A DNA stretch of 64,000 bases from the NCBI GenBank assembly GCA_046075565.1, contig JBJTQJ010000040.1, forward strand, positions 1 to 64,000, read 5' to 3'. The DNA comes from Verrucomicrobiales bacterium. GTDB taxonomy: Bacteria; Verrucomicrobiota; Verrucomicrobiia; Verrucomicrobiales; SLCJ01. This document shows positions 36,416 to 45,655 of the stretch, piece by piece. Below the pieces are notes generated by a model, which saw nothing but the letters and a program-made list of their open reading frames with translations, was not told the DNA's origin and searched no databases. Each line of letters begins with the position of its first letter. The first letter of the stretch is position 1. A program made the position numbers and the translations under genes.

Positions 36416-37099
36416 ATGTGACGGATATCCCAAGTCCTCAGCGTAGGTCTGCTTTCCCTCGCTGTCCTGCCCGCCACCACCTCCTGCGACAAGATTTCAG
36501 CGCTCGCCGACCGGGTCCGCGGAAAAAAAGACGTGGCCCAAGAAACCACCGCCCCCGCCGCACCGGGGGAAAAATTGGCCGGGGGGAAAGCCCACTACAT
36601 CCAAGAAGCCGACTACGCCCGCCTCGTTCTGGTCGATTTTTACGCCGACTGGTGTGGGCCTTGTCGGGGGCTCGCTCCCACCCTCTCCACCCTCGCGTCC
36701 GAAAATCCGGATCGGCTTCTCGTCATCAAGGTCAATGTTGACGGCTCCCGTTCCTTGGCCAGCCGCCTCGGGGTGCAGGGAATCCCAGACATCCGGTTTT
36801 ACCGGGGCGGCAAACAAATCGACTCCATGGTTGGGGCGGCGCCCTTGGAAGACATGCGCCGCATCGTGCAAGCCCACCTGCCTGCCAAAGAACCCGACCT
36901 GGTAGCGGACGCACCCGCCGCGCCCGTCGGCATGGTGAACAAGCTCAAACAGACCTTCACGAAAAAGGAGGAAGCCGCCGCGCCTCCTCCGACAGCGGCC
37001 CAAGTTCCCTCCGTTCCAGCCCAGCCGCCCATCCAGCCTGTCAAAAAGGGCGACGATTGGCTGCCCGAGGGGATGACTAGAGACAAGGCGCGCGCCTGA
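36416..37099 (+). CDS. Thioredoxin-family lipoprotein; codon 2 is TGA (intact ORF from GTG 36533 lacks the signal peptide)
   Basis: DFYADWCGPC active site; upstream in-frame M*RISQVLSVGLLSLAVLPATTSC with a lipobox-like Cys at 36485. Confidence 0.8.
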
Positions 37100-37137
37100 T
37101 TCCGGCCTGCAGCGCTGGCCTAACGGGGGAGGGAAAC

Positions 37138-37170
37138 GTCAAGCAAAATATGTCTGACATATTTTGTGAC
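37138..37170. repeat. Solo copy of the transposase-associated palindrome
   Basis: GTCAA-N4-AATATGTCTGACATATTT, same sequence and spacing as 26507-26533; perfect 11-bp inverted arms CAAAATATGTC/GACATATTTTG. Confidence 0.8.
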
Positions 37171-37199
37171 TTACCTCTCGTGGGTCCTGGGGTCCGAAC

Positions 37200-38288
37200 T
37201 CATTTTCCTCGGAATTGATTGAGCGTGGTTTCGATGACGTAATCGGCCAGCTTGTCGAAGGCGTGGTGCCGCGCCGTGTGGTCCTGGGCCTGGCGGCCGA
37301 TTTGATGAAGCCCTGCGGGCTCCTGCAGCCGGGCACGCAGAACCTGATAAAGATGGTCTCCCTCGATTCCATAGTAGAGGGCGTGAACGCCATCGACCAG
37401 CGGAGCATGGCGATGAATGGTTGGATATTGCAGAAGGGGCGCCGAACCCATGGCGGCAGCTTCGTAAGTGCGCGTGCAGTCGTAACCGAATCCTTCCGGA
37501 CTCCAAACGGTCAATGCACGGGCACAACGGGTCAGAAACTCCGGGCGTGAAATTTTAATCTCCGGGATGTCGATGCGAAATCCCTCCTCGCGCAACCGCA
37601 GGAGATTCGCGAGACCCGCAGGACGGTTCGGGCGGTTCTCCACGCGCCCGGCGAAGAACACATCGCTTGATTTTTCCTCTTTCTGTTTGAGTCCCTTGGC
37701 CAGTATCGATGGTTCGACGCCGATGGAGATGGGACGGAGTTTTGGCAAGATGGAAGCAAAAAACGCCTGTCGGGGGATGTTCCCGTTGTCCTCGTTTTTA
37801 TCTGTCGTGTAAAGAAAGGAATTGGCGGGATTTTGCGGAAGCTCCCTCTTGAAGTAGAGCTGACTGAGCGCGGCGGCATGAAATCGCCGGTTGTCGATGA
37901 TTGGACGATCCTCGAGGTCAAGAACCACCAGACGCGGGGAAAATATCGAAAGTGATCTCTCCACTGCCAGAGCGCGAAGGGCGAGCGCCGGAGTCAGCGC
38001 CGCCCGAGCAAGGTTGGCCACGCGGTGGGTTAGGTTTTTTCGCGGATTCGGGAACGGGCGCGGAATCAATCCGGCGACCACAACGTCATAGAAGCCAGCC
38101 CGGAATTTCGAAATGGCCTGCTCAAGCGAAAGGCCGCGGTCCATGGCGTGACGCTGTTCGCGCAAGCCAGCGTGCACGAATTCCGACCCCGGATGGTGGA
38201 GAAAATACCGCAGGTCACATTTGCGCTCCTCGCTCCAGCCCAAGTCTCCAAGGCAAAGAATCTTCACGCCTTTTATGCTGTCTGTCAT
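37200..38288 (-). CDS. Glycosyltransferase-like protein (GT-B, CgeB/Glyco_trans_1_2-like C-terminus)
   Basis: YFKRE, DVFFAG, SPEGFGYDCTRTYEAAAMGS.P, GVHALYY, IG..A... Confidence 0.75.
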   Translation of the reverse strand: MTDSIKGVKILCLGDLGWSEERKCDLRYFLHHPGSEFVHAGLREQRHAMDRGLSLEQAISKFRAGFYDVVVAGLIPRPFPNPRKNLTHRVANLARAALTPALALRALAVERSLSIFSPRLVVLDLEDRPIIDNRRFHAAALSQLYFKRELPQNPANSFLYTTDKNEDNGNIPRQAFFASILPKLRPISIGVEPSILAKGLKQKEEKSSDVFFAGRVENRPNRPAGLANLLRLREEGFRIDIPEIKISRPEFLTRCARALTVWSPEGFGYDCTRTYEAAAMGSAPLLQYPTIHRHAPLVDGVHALYYGIEGDHLYQVLRARLQEPAGLHQIGRQAQDHTARHHAFDKLADYVIETTLNQFRGK

Positions 38289-38479
38289 CAACCGGGACCC
38301 TAACTTCCCGGCTTTGCGTTGCCAAGCCCATTCTGGCCCGAGTGGGCTTCCTCGACACGAGCAGGAGCGCCGAAACCGACTGGCCCACCCGCGCTTTTCG
38401 GCGGGCAGGGCATGTTCGAAAGCTCAACTCCCCCGCAAAATCCCCTTTTCCAGAAGCCGGGTCCGCTGTTTTGTAAGGG

Positions 38480-40198
38480 ATGGCATCTGAAGAGTCCGCA
38501 TCCGCCCCCCGTCTCGATTTTATCCGCGAGATCATTCGTGATGATCTCGCGTCGGGCAAACATGCCGTGCCCGTCACCCGCTTTCCGCCGGAACCGAATG
38601 GCTACCTGCACATCGGCCATGCCAAGAGCATCTGCCTGAACTTCGGGGTCGCCGAGGAATACGCCGCCACGGGCGCACGCTGCCACCTGCGTTTTGACGA
38701 CACGAACCCAACCCGCGAGGATCAGGAATACGTTGATTCGATCCAGAAGGACGTGCGTTGGCTTGGATTCAACTGGGGCAAACACCTCTACTTTGCCTCC
38801 GATTATTTCGATCATTACGAGAAGTGCGCCCGCCATCTCATCGAAACCGGACGCGCCTACGTGGACGAGCAAACACCCGAGCAAATCCGCGCCACCCGCG
38901 GCACACTCACCGAACCCGGCACACCCAGCCCGTGGAGGGACCGTCCTACGGCGGAAAGCCAGGAGCTGTTCTCTCGAATGAAAGCGGGCGAAGTCGCCGA
39001 GGGCTCGATGGTCCTGCGCGCGCGCATCGACATGGCTGCCGCCAACCTCAACTTGCGCGATCCAGTCATCTACCGCGTCATCCACGCCAGCCACCACCAC
39101 GCCGGCGACAGATGGCGCATGTATCCGATGTATGATTACGCGCATCCGCTCGAGGATGCCTTGGAGGATATCACCCACTCGCTCTGCACCCTTGAATTCG
39201 AAGACCACCGGCCGCTTTACGACTGGGTTATCGAACATTGCCAACCGGTGATAGCGGAAATCAGGGGCCACGAGAGCCGTCCGCGCCAGATCGAATTCGC
39301 CCGCCTGAACCTGACGTATACGGTCATGTCGAAACGCAAACTCCTCCGCCTCGTGCAGGAGAATCTCGTTGATGGCTGGGACGATCCGCGCATGCCGACC
39401 ATCTCCGGTCTGCGTCGCCGCGGCGTGCCACCGGAAGCCATCCGCCGCTTTTGCGCCACCATCGGCCTCACCAAGACGAATTCGCTCAGCGACATCGCCC
39501 TGCTCGAGCATGCGACCCGCGAAACGCTGAACCGCACCTCGCCCCGCTACATGGCCGTTCTCGATCCCATCCGGATCACCCTTTCGAACTGGGATGACGG
39601 CCGCGTGGAAAATCTAACAGGGGATTTGAACCCGGAAGATCCCGCCGCCGGTTCGCGTGCGATTCCCTTTGGCAAACATCTGCTCATTGAACGCGATGAC
39701 TTCATGGAGAATCCTCCAAAAGGATACTTCCGCCTTCAGCCCGGTGGCGAGGTGCGCTTGCGCCACGCTTGGATCATCCGCTGCGATGAACTGATCCGGG
39801 ACAGTGATGGACTAGTGATCGAACTGGTTTGTTCGGTCGATCACGACACCCTCGGAAAAAATCCCGAAGGCCGGAAAGTCAAAGGGGTTATCCATTGGGT
39901 ATCGGAAGCCCATGCTGTCACGGCCGCCGTGCGCCTCTACGACCGGTTGTTCGCCATGGAAGAACCCGAAGCCGCACCCGGCGAGTTCACGGATCACATC
40001 AATCCCGCCTCGCTCTCCGAACGGGTGGCCAAGGTAGAGCCCGCGCTCGCGGCAGCAGCCACGCCGGAGAATCGCGTGCAGTTCGAGCGAATCGGTTATT
40101 TCTGCTCCGACCGCAACCATTCCACGCCCGAGCATCCGGTCTTCAACCGCACCGTCACCTTGCGTGATTCGTGGGCGAAAGCCGCTGCCAAGGCCTGA
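38480..40198 (+). CDS. glnS: Glutaminyl-tRNA synthetase
   Basis: TRFPPEPNGYLHIGH, LRFDDTNP, THSLCTLEF, MSKRKL, KVKGVIHWVS, QFERIGYF, FNRTVTLRD. Confidence 0.97.
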   Translation: MASEESASAPRLDFIREIIRDDLASGKHAVPVTRFPPEPNGYLHIGHAKSICLNFGVAEEYAATGARCHLRFDDTNPTREDQEYVDSIQKDVRWLGFNWGKHLYFASDYFDHYEKCARHLIETGRAYVDEQTPEQIRATRGTLTEPGTPSPWRDRPTAESQELFSRMKAGEVAEGSMVLRARIDMAAANLNLRDPVIYRVIHASHHHAGDRWRMYPMYDYAHPLEDALEDITHSLCTLEFEDHRPLYDWVIEHCQPVIAEIRGHESRPRQIEFARLNLTYTVMSKRKLLRLVQENLVDGWDDPRMPTISGLRRRGVPPEAIRRFCATIGLTKTNSLSDIALLEHATRETLNRTSPRYMAVLDPIRITLSNWDDGRVENLTGDLNPEDPAAGSRAIPFGKHLLIERDDFMENPPKGYFRLQPGGEVRLRHAWIIRCDELIRDSDGLVIELVCSVDHDTLGKNPEGRKVKGVIHWVSEAHAVTAAVRLYDRLFAMEEPEAAPGEFTDHINPASLSERVAKVEPALAAAATPENRVQFERIGYFCSDRNHSTPEHPVFNRTVTLRDSWAKAAAKA

Positions 40199-40233
40199 CG
40201 CTGCCGCCGGTTTCCTAACAAATTTACGACATC

Positions 40234-40686
40234 ATGCGCGCGGTTCTCCAACGGGTCCGGCAGGCCGAGGTAACCTCCGACGGGCGGGTCACCGGATCCA
40301 TCGGGCCGGGTTTGGTCATTCTGTTGGGGATTGCCACCGACGACGGACCGGCCGACCGCGACTGGTTAATCCAGAAAATACTCGGCCAGAAAATCTTCGA
40401 GGACGCGGAAGGCAAAATGAACCTCGATGTGGTGGCGGCGGAAGGCGGGCTGCTTGTGGTGAGCCAATTCACCTTGTTGGCCAGCACACGCAAGGGCACG
40501 AAACCGAGTTGGCATCGCGCCGCCGGGCCCGGGGTAGCATGTCCGCTCTACGAGGATTTTGTTTCCCACCTTGCTGTTGCTGCTGGCCGAGAGGTGGCCA
40601 CGGGAATCTTCGGCGAGGAAATGCTCGTCTCGATCTTGAACGAAGGACCGGTCACGCTGATACTCGACAGCCGGCTCAAGGAGTAA
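40234..40686 (+). CDS. dtd: D-aminoacyl-tRNA deacylase
   Basis: MRAVLQRV, SQFTL, NEGPVT. Confidence 0.96.
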   Translation: MRAVLQRVRQAEVTSDGRVTGSIGPGLVILLGIATDDGPADRDWLIQKILGQKIFEDAEGKMNLDVVAAEGGLLVVSQFTLLASTRKGTKPSWHRAAGPGVACPLYEDFVSHLAVAAGREVATGIFGEEMLVSILNEGPVTLILDSRLKE

Positions 40687-40728
40687 GTTGGAGCCGGAAT
40701 CCGAAGCCCGATGCCGCGCTTCGGCAAA

Positions 40729-41037
40729 TCAATGTCTGCGTTGTCTGGCCTCGTCCACGGCGTGGCTGGAGCCGTCGGTGGCGAGGGTGTGCAGTTTGAA
40801 CCGCACGCGGCAGCCGTTTTTCTCTCCGGCCGCGTCGAGCAGGCTGCGGATAGAACTGATGACGAATCCGTTTTTCCCTATGATACGCCCGAGGTCGCTT
40901 TCGGCGAGGGTGACGTCGAAGTGGAGCGTGTTACGCACCTCGTCGAAACGGCGGTTGATGGTGGCTTGTTCGGGGCTGTCGATGAGGGCCCCGATGACAA
41001 ATTCGGTGAATTCCTGGATGGCGGCTGCGGCGTCCAT
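40729..41037 (-). CDS. khpA: KH-domain RNA-binding protein (KhpA/YlqC)
   Basis: DLGRIIGKNG..I.SIR.LL; directly downstream of rpsP. Confidence 0.85.
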   Translation of the reverse strand: MDAAAAIQEFTEFVIGALIDSPEQATINRRFDEVRNTLHFDVTLAESDLGRIIGKNGFVISSIRSLLDAAGEKNGCRVRFKLHTLATDGSSHAVDEARQRRH

Positions 41038-41081
41038 GATAAAGTGATGGTAGAGTGGCACAGTCCGGGCCTTGCTTCCAG

Positions 41082-41117
41082 AAAAAAGAAAGGACCGGCG
41101 AGGATTCTTGCCGGTCC
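41082..41117 (-). terminator. Intrinsic terminator between rpsP and khpA
   Basis: GGACCGGCGAG/CTTGCCGGTCC stem with an A-tract on + (U-tract on minus). Confidence 0.7.
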
Positions 41118-41165
41118 CTCGAATGGAGCGATGGTCAAACCGCTCCGGAAGCTCTGGTCGCCGGC

Positions 41166-41417
41166 TTAGGCGAGCGCTTTTTGGCGGGCGAACTTGATGA
41201 TATTCGCGACCTTGTCGGATGGCAGGGCGCCTTGACCTAGCCAGGCTTCAGCCTTGGGAAGGTCGATTTTGAAGTTTTCGCCTTCGACGAGCGGGTCATA
41301 AACTCCGAGTTGCTCGATATAAGCACCATCGCGGCGGGCGCGTTTGTCCGTGACAACGATGCGGTAGTATGGGCGATTTTTCGTGCCTTCGCGGCGGAGA
41401 CGGATAACGGCGGCCAT
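41166..41417 (-). CDS. rpsP: 30S ribosomal protein S16
   Basis: IRLRR.G.KNRPYYRIVV.D.R..RDG.YIE.LG.YDP, WL.QGA.PSD.V. Confidence 0.97.
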   Translation of the reverse strand: MAAVIRLRREGTKNRPYYRIVVTDKRARRDGAYIEQLGVYDPLVEGENFKIDLPKAEAWLGQGALPSDKVANIIKFARQKALA

Positions 41418-41489
41418 GTTTTTAAAGTTTTGTCAGTTAGAAGGGTGGAGAATATGGACTCCCGGAAAAATTTTGCAAATGCTCTTTTT

Positions 41490-43637
41490 TCAGGCCGTGA
41501 ACCAGCCGACGAGGCGGTAGGCGGCGAAGGCCGCGATCACGGCAAACAATGACTGGTAGCCGAACTGGAACCAGGCCCATTTCCAGCGCCCGGACTCACG
41601 AGCGGTGGCGGCCAGCGTGGCGATACACTGCATGGCGAAGACGTAAAAAACCAGGAGGGAGGCGCAGGTGGCCTTGGTGAAAACAGGAGATCCGTCCGGG
41701 TGGCGGGCCTCGGCCATCCGCTCCCGGAGAAGCAAATCGCCGTCCCCTTCTTCCTCCTCGGGCTGGAAAAGCGCCCCCAGACGCTCTCCGAGCGGGGTGG
41801 CGTCGATTTCTCCCTCTTCTTCCTCGACGTGGTAAAGAATGTTCATCGTGCCAACAAAGACCTCGCGGGCGGCGAAGGAGGTGACGACTGCCGCCCCGGT
41901 CTGCCAGTCCCATCCGAGGGGGCGCACGGCGGGTTCGATGGCATGACCAATTCGGCCAATTGCGCTGGCTTCGAGTTTTGCGGCAGCATCCGGGGCATCG
42001 CTTTTCGGATAGGTGGCCAGCGCCCAAAGCAGGATGGATAGCCCGAGAATGATCGTCCCGGCTTTCGTGAGGAACGACCAGGCTGCCGAACCCGTGGACC
42101 GCCCAACTTCCCGCCATGACGGCAACCGGTAACGGGGCAACTCGAGCAGGAAGGGCGGTGGGGCCGCCTTGTGGGGTAAGGTTCGGTCGAAGAGCCAGGC
42201 AAACCCGAAAGCACCCATGGTCCCGAGCGCGTAGAGGCCGAGCATGAACATGGGTTTTTCCATTCCGTCGCCGGGAAATATCGCGGCGAGCAAAAGGGCA
42301 TAGACCGGAAGGCGCGCCGAGCAGCTCTGGAAAGGAGCAACCAGAATGGTGATCAACCGCTGGCGTGGATTCTCAATTGTTCGCGCCGCCATAATGCCGG
42401 GAATGGCGCATGCGTAACTCGACATGAGGGGCAGGAATGCCTTTCCATTTAACCCCACTTTTCCCATGACCCGATCCATGAGAAAAGCCGCCCGGGCGAG
42501 GTAGCCGCTTCCTTCGAGGATCCCGATGAATGCGAAAAGAATGATGATTTGGGGCAGGAAGATAATAACACCGCCCACACCCGCGATGACGCCGTCGGCG
42601 ATCAAATCGCGCAAATCACCTTCGGGCATGGAAAGCTTCACCTGATCAGCCAGCCAACCAAAGGTCACATCAATCATGTCCATGGGCAGGGAGGCCCATC
42701 GGAAAAGGGAAAGGAAGACGGTGGCGAATATTCCGCCCATGAGCAACCAACCGAGAACCGGATGAAGGGCGATGCGATCAAAACGATCGGAGAAGGAGGC
42801 CCGCGCCGGGTCGGCGCCCCGAATCGCGCGCGCCAGCGCGCGGCGGATGAATTCGTAACGAGCCGCAGCCAGTTGGGTGTCCGTCTCGCCTTCCTTGTCG
42901 CCGACGGATTCCTTGGCCAGTTGCCGGGCATACTGCCGCAATGGTTCCGGCAATCTGGAGGCTCCCCCGGGCGAACGATATTGGATATCTCCTAACAAAA
43001 GGAGGGCATGAGCTGCGGGATGCCGCAAACCCGCTTCAAGGCAACGCGCCTCCACTCGCATGAGCGCGCTCTGCAAATGGGATGGCACTTGCCATGGCCG
43101 GACGGGCGGAACGCCCTTCGCGAGGCCGCTCAGCGCCTGTTTCAGTTCCGTGACCCCGCGGCCCAGCGTGGCGCTCACCGCGACCACCGGTATACCCAGA
43201 TCGGCCGATAGCCCGGCGGGATCCAGGCGAAGTCCTTCCCGCTCGGCGGCATCAATTTTGTTGAGGGCCAATAAAATCGGAATGCCCAGATCGATGAGCT
43301 GGGTAACCAGATAGAGATGGCGCTCCAACTGTGAAGCATCGACTACCGCCACCACCGCATCCGGTCTTGCGGCTCCCGGCAGGTCCCCCAGCAAGGCATC
43401 ACGCGACACCGCCTCATCCGGGCTTCGGGGTGACAGACTGTAAGTGCCCGGCAGATCCAGCAAGCTGACCTTCACCCCGTGCGGTGTAAAAATGGACGCT
43501 TCGGATTTTCCCACCGTGACCCCGGCGTAATTGCCAGTGCGGGCCTTCTTGCCCGTGAGCGCATTAAAGAGTGTGGACTTCCCGCTATTCGGGTTCCCGA
43601 TCAGAGCAATGCGCGGCAGTGTGGAGGTGGATTCCAT
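41490..43637 (-). CDS. feoB: Ferrous iron transporter FeoB
   Basis: GNPNSGKS, NYAGVTV, DLPGTYSL, NKID, E.SGYLARAAF, SCSARLP, FAAREV.V. Confidence 0.96.
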   Translation of the reverse strand: MESTSTLPRIALIGNPNSGKSTLFNALTGKKARTGNYAGVTVGKSEASIFTPHGVKVSLLDLPGTYSLSPRSPDEAVSRDALLGDLPGAARPDAVVAVVDASQLERHLYLVTQLIDLGIPILLALNKIDAAEREGLRLDPAGLSADLGIPVVAVSATLGRGVTELKQALSGLAKGVPPVRPWQVPSHLQSALMRVEARCLEAGLRHPAAHALLLLGDIQYRSPGGASRLPEPLRQYARQLAKESVGDKEGETDTQLAAARYEFIRRALARAIRGADPARASFSDRFDRIALHPVLGWLLMGGIFATVFLSLFRWASLPMDMIDVTFGWLADQVKLSMPEGDLRDLIADGVIAGVGGVIIFLPQIIILFAFIGILEGSGYLARAAFLMDRVMGKVGLNGKAFLPLMSSYACAIPGIMAARTIENPRQRLITILVAPFQSCSARLPVYALLLAAIFPGDGMEKPMFMLGLYALGTMGAFGFAWLFDRTLPHKAAPPPFLLELPRYRLPSWREVGRSTGSAAWSFLTKAGTIILGLSILLWALATYPKSDAPDAAAKLEASAIGRIGHAIEPAVRPLGWDWQTGAAVVTSFAAREVFVGTMNILYHVEEEEGEIDATPLGERLGALFQPEEEEGDGDLLLRERMAEARHPDGSPVFTKATCASLLVFYVFAMQCIATLAATARESGRWKWAWFQFGYQSLFAVIAAFAAYRLVGWFTA

Positions 43638-43640
43638 GTC

Positions 43641-43889
43641 TCAGGGCTCACTGGAATCGGTCATCGGGACAACCCGAACATCGCGCGCCGTGTTCTTGTC
43701 TACGGCCAAGCGGGTTCCACAAACGGTGCAAACGAGGAGGTGATGATGCGCCAACTTTTCAACTCGGGCGTCCTCACAGAGACCCATTTCACGCAAACGC
43801 TGGCAGACCGCCAGTGAGCCGGTCAGACCAGTCACCCGCAGCACCGTGCCCACACTGGCTTTCTCAAGGGTCATTTCCACAGCCGCCAC
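43641..43889 (-). CDS. feoA: FeoA family protein
   Basis: RLREMGL, V.GTRLAV...A..V.V; immediately upstream of feoB. Start GTG 43889 or ATG 43874. Confidence 0.88.
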   Translation of the reverse strand: MAAVEMTLEKASVGTVLRVTGLTGSLAVCQRLREMGLCEDARVEKLAHHHLLVCTVCGTRLAVDKNTARDVRVVPMTDSSEP

Positions 43890-43897
43890 TTTATACT

Positions 43898-43916
43898 AAT
43901 GAGACAAGGTATCAAC
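43898..43916. promoter_or_regulatory. Possible Fur-type box upstream of feoA
   Basis: AA-TGAGACA-A-GGTATCA-AC imperfect TGA(T/G)A…T(A/C)TCA inverted repeat just 5' of feoA. Confidence 0.4.
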
Positions 43917-44042
43917 TAAAATCCGAGCGACGAATTTTAGCATTTTGCATAAACTGGCAAAAAGTGAGCCCCATAGAGCGATTTTTCTTTCCTCAAGACC
44001 AAATTATGGTAATTTCATCCCAACCACCGCTCCGTTCTAATT

Positions 44043-44888
44043 ATGAAAATCTCGCTTCTCCGACTGGCTATTCTTGCCGCGCTCACGACGAGTCCCTAGG
44101 TGATGGCACAGAAACTCGCCGAGCCCGCGGCCCCGGCGCCCCAGCCGGTGACTTATCTGCTCGGCACAGGCGTGACTGCTCCCGGGGCGCTGATGTATCG
44201 AGCGCCCGTAGCGGGTCAGTTTCTCGCCCCGATGGTCCCTTCTTCACAGGCCAAGACGGTTTCGGCAGTGGCCGTGGCGATTCCAGCGGAAACCCTGCCC
44301 ACGCCAACAGCCGGAGCATCCTCGCTCACCTGCATCCAACTCGCCGCCCGCGTCGAAGTCGAGATTGGCAAGGCGCCATCCGAGGTGCTCAATATTGTGC
44401 GCCGCGCCATGGTGGACAACGATGCCTGCGCCTGCGATGTGGTCAAAGCGGCCATCAAGGCATCCAAGGCCGACGATACCCTCACCGGCCTGATCGTCGA
44501 GACGGCGGTCAAGACCCGGCCGGCCCGGTTCAAGGAAATCGTCGAATGTGCTATTTTGGCCAAACCCACCGCCAGAGCACAGGTGCGCGCCGCCTTGGAG
44601 CGCGTCTTCGGCACCAAAGGCTCCGCCAAGGGCAGAAAAATCGTTGTTGCCAAGGCGGAATCCGCCATGCCCCGCACGGTCGTCAAAGAAATCCCTGAAA
44701 TTTTCTTCCCGCCCCTGTTCACCGGCAATCCGCCCCCCAGAGACGGGGATAAGGAAAATGACAAGGACAAGGACAAAGACGGCGGTGGCGACGGTGGCGG
44801 AGCAACCCCCACAAATCCAGTTTTCGACTTCGGTTTGCAGAGTGGCGGCACCAGCTTCGATGACTCGGGCTTTGCTTTTGACTTCTGA
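44043..44888 (+). pseudogene. Secreted hypothetical protein with an in-frame TAG inside its signal peptide (or N-terminally truncated CDS from 44100/44103)
   Basis: ATG 44043 gives MKISLLRLAILAALTTSP*VMA|QKL..; rest of the frame intact (CACDVVKAAI helical domain, D/K/G-rich tail). Confidence 0.6.
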
Positions 44889-44917
44889 TTCTAACGCCAA
44901 CTTCTATACCCACGCAT

Positions 44918-44951
44918 CCGCCGAGGCCCAGCCCCGGCGGGTTTTCTTTTT
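44918..44951 (+). terminator. Intrinsic terminator
   Basis: CCGCCG…CGGCGG stem followed by GTTTTCTTTTT. Confidence 0.65.
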
Positions 44952-44983
44952 GCCCCGGACTTCATCCGCTTCCATTTTTGCTG

Positions 44984-45601
44984 ATGCCCGACCCTCAGAT
45001 TTTTACCGGCGGTTTTGCCCAAACCAACGGCTACCTTCATGGCCACCCAAGTGGGCCCCTGCTCATCGATGCCCCCTCCGGTAGTCTTGCTTGGCTCCAA
45101 AGGATGGAGAAGAAGCCCGTCGCCTTGTTGCTCACCCACCAGCATTACGACCATGTGGAAGATGCCGCGGCCATCGCGGCATGGGCCGGATGCCCCATTA
45201 TCGCGTGGAGTCCCTATGAAGAAATGCTGACCTTGGTTCCGCTCATGCGTGTGGTCGGCATGGAAATCGAGGTCGCGCCGTATTGGGTCACCACCACGCT
45301 CGAAGGGAAAACAGAGCTTCCGTTGCCGGGAGTGGATTGCCGACTGCTCCACCTACCGGGCCATGCCATCGACAGTGTGGTCTTTTACTTCCCCGGAGAA
45401 TCCATCGCCTATGTCGGCGACACGCTGATGCCCGGTGGCATGGGCCGCACCGATCTACCGGGCGGAAGCTGGCAGCAGTTGGAAGAAGGCATCCGAGAAA
45501 AACTCTTCACCTTGCCACCGGAAACCCTCGCCCTCTCCGGCCACGGACCACCCACCACCATAGGACGGGAAATGGCCACCAATCCCTTCTTGCGCGTTTG
45601 A
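44984..45601 (+). CDS. MBL-fold metallo-hydrolase (glyoxalase II-like, YcbL/GloC type)
   Basis: LLTHQHYDH, PGH..DS, GDTL..G.GRTDLPGG, GHGP.TTIG.E...NPFL. Confidence 0.92.
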   Translation: MPDPQIFTGGFAQTNGYLHGHPSGPLLIDAPSGSLAWLQRMEKKPVALLLTHQHYDHVEDAAAIAAWAGCPIIAWSPYEEMLTLVPLMRVVGMEIEVAPYWVTTTLEGKTELPLPGVDCRLLHLPGHAIDSVVFYFPGESIAYVGDTLMPGGMGRTDLPGGSWQQLEEGIREKLFTLPPETLALSGHGPPTTIGREMATNPFLRV

Positions 45602-45655
45602 GACCCGCGGTCGTTGCGGCGTCCCCGAATATCGCTATCTTGCGCCCCTCCCCCG

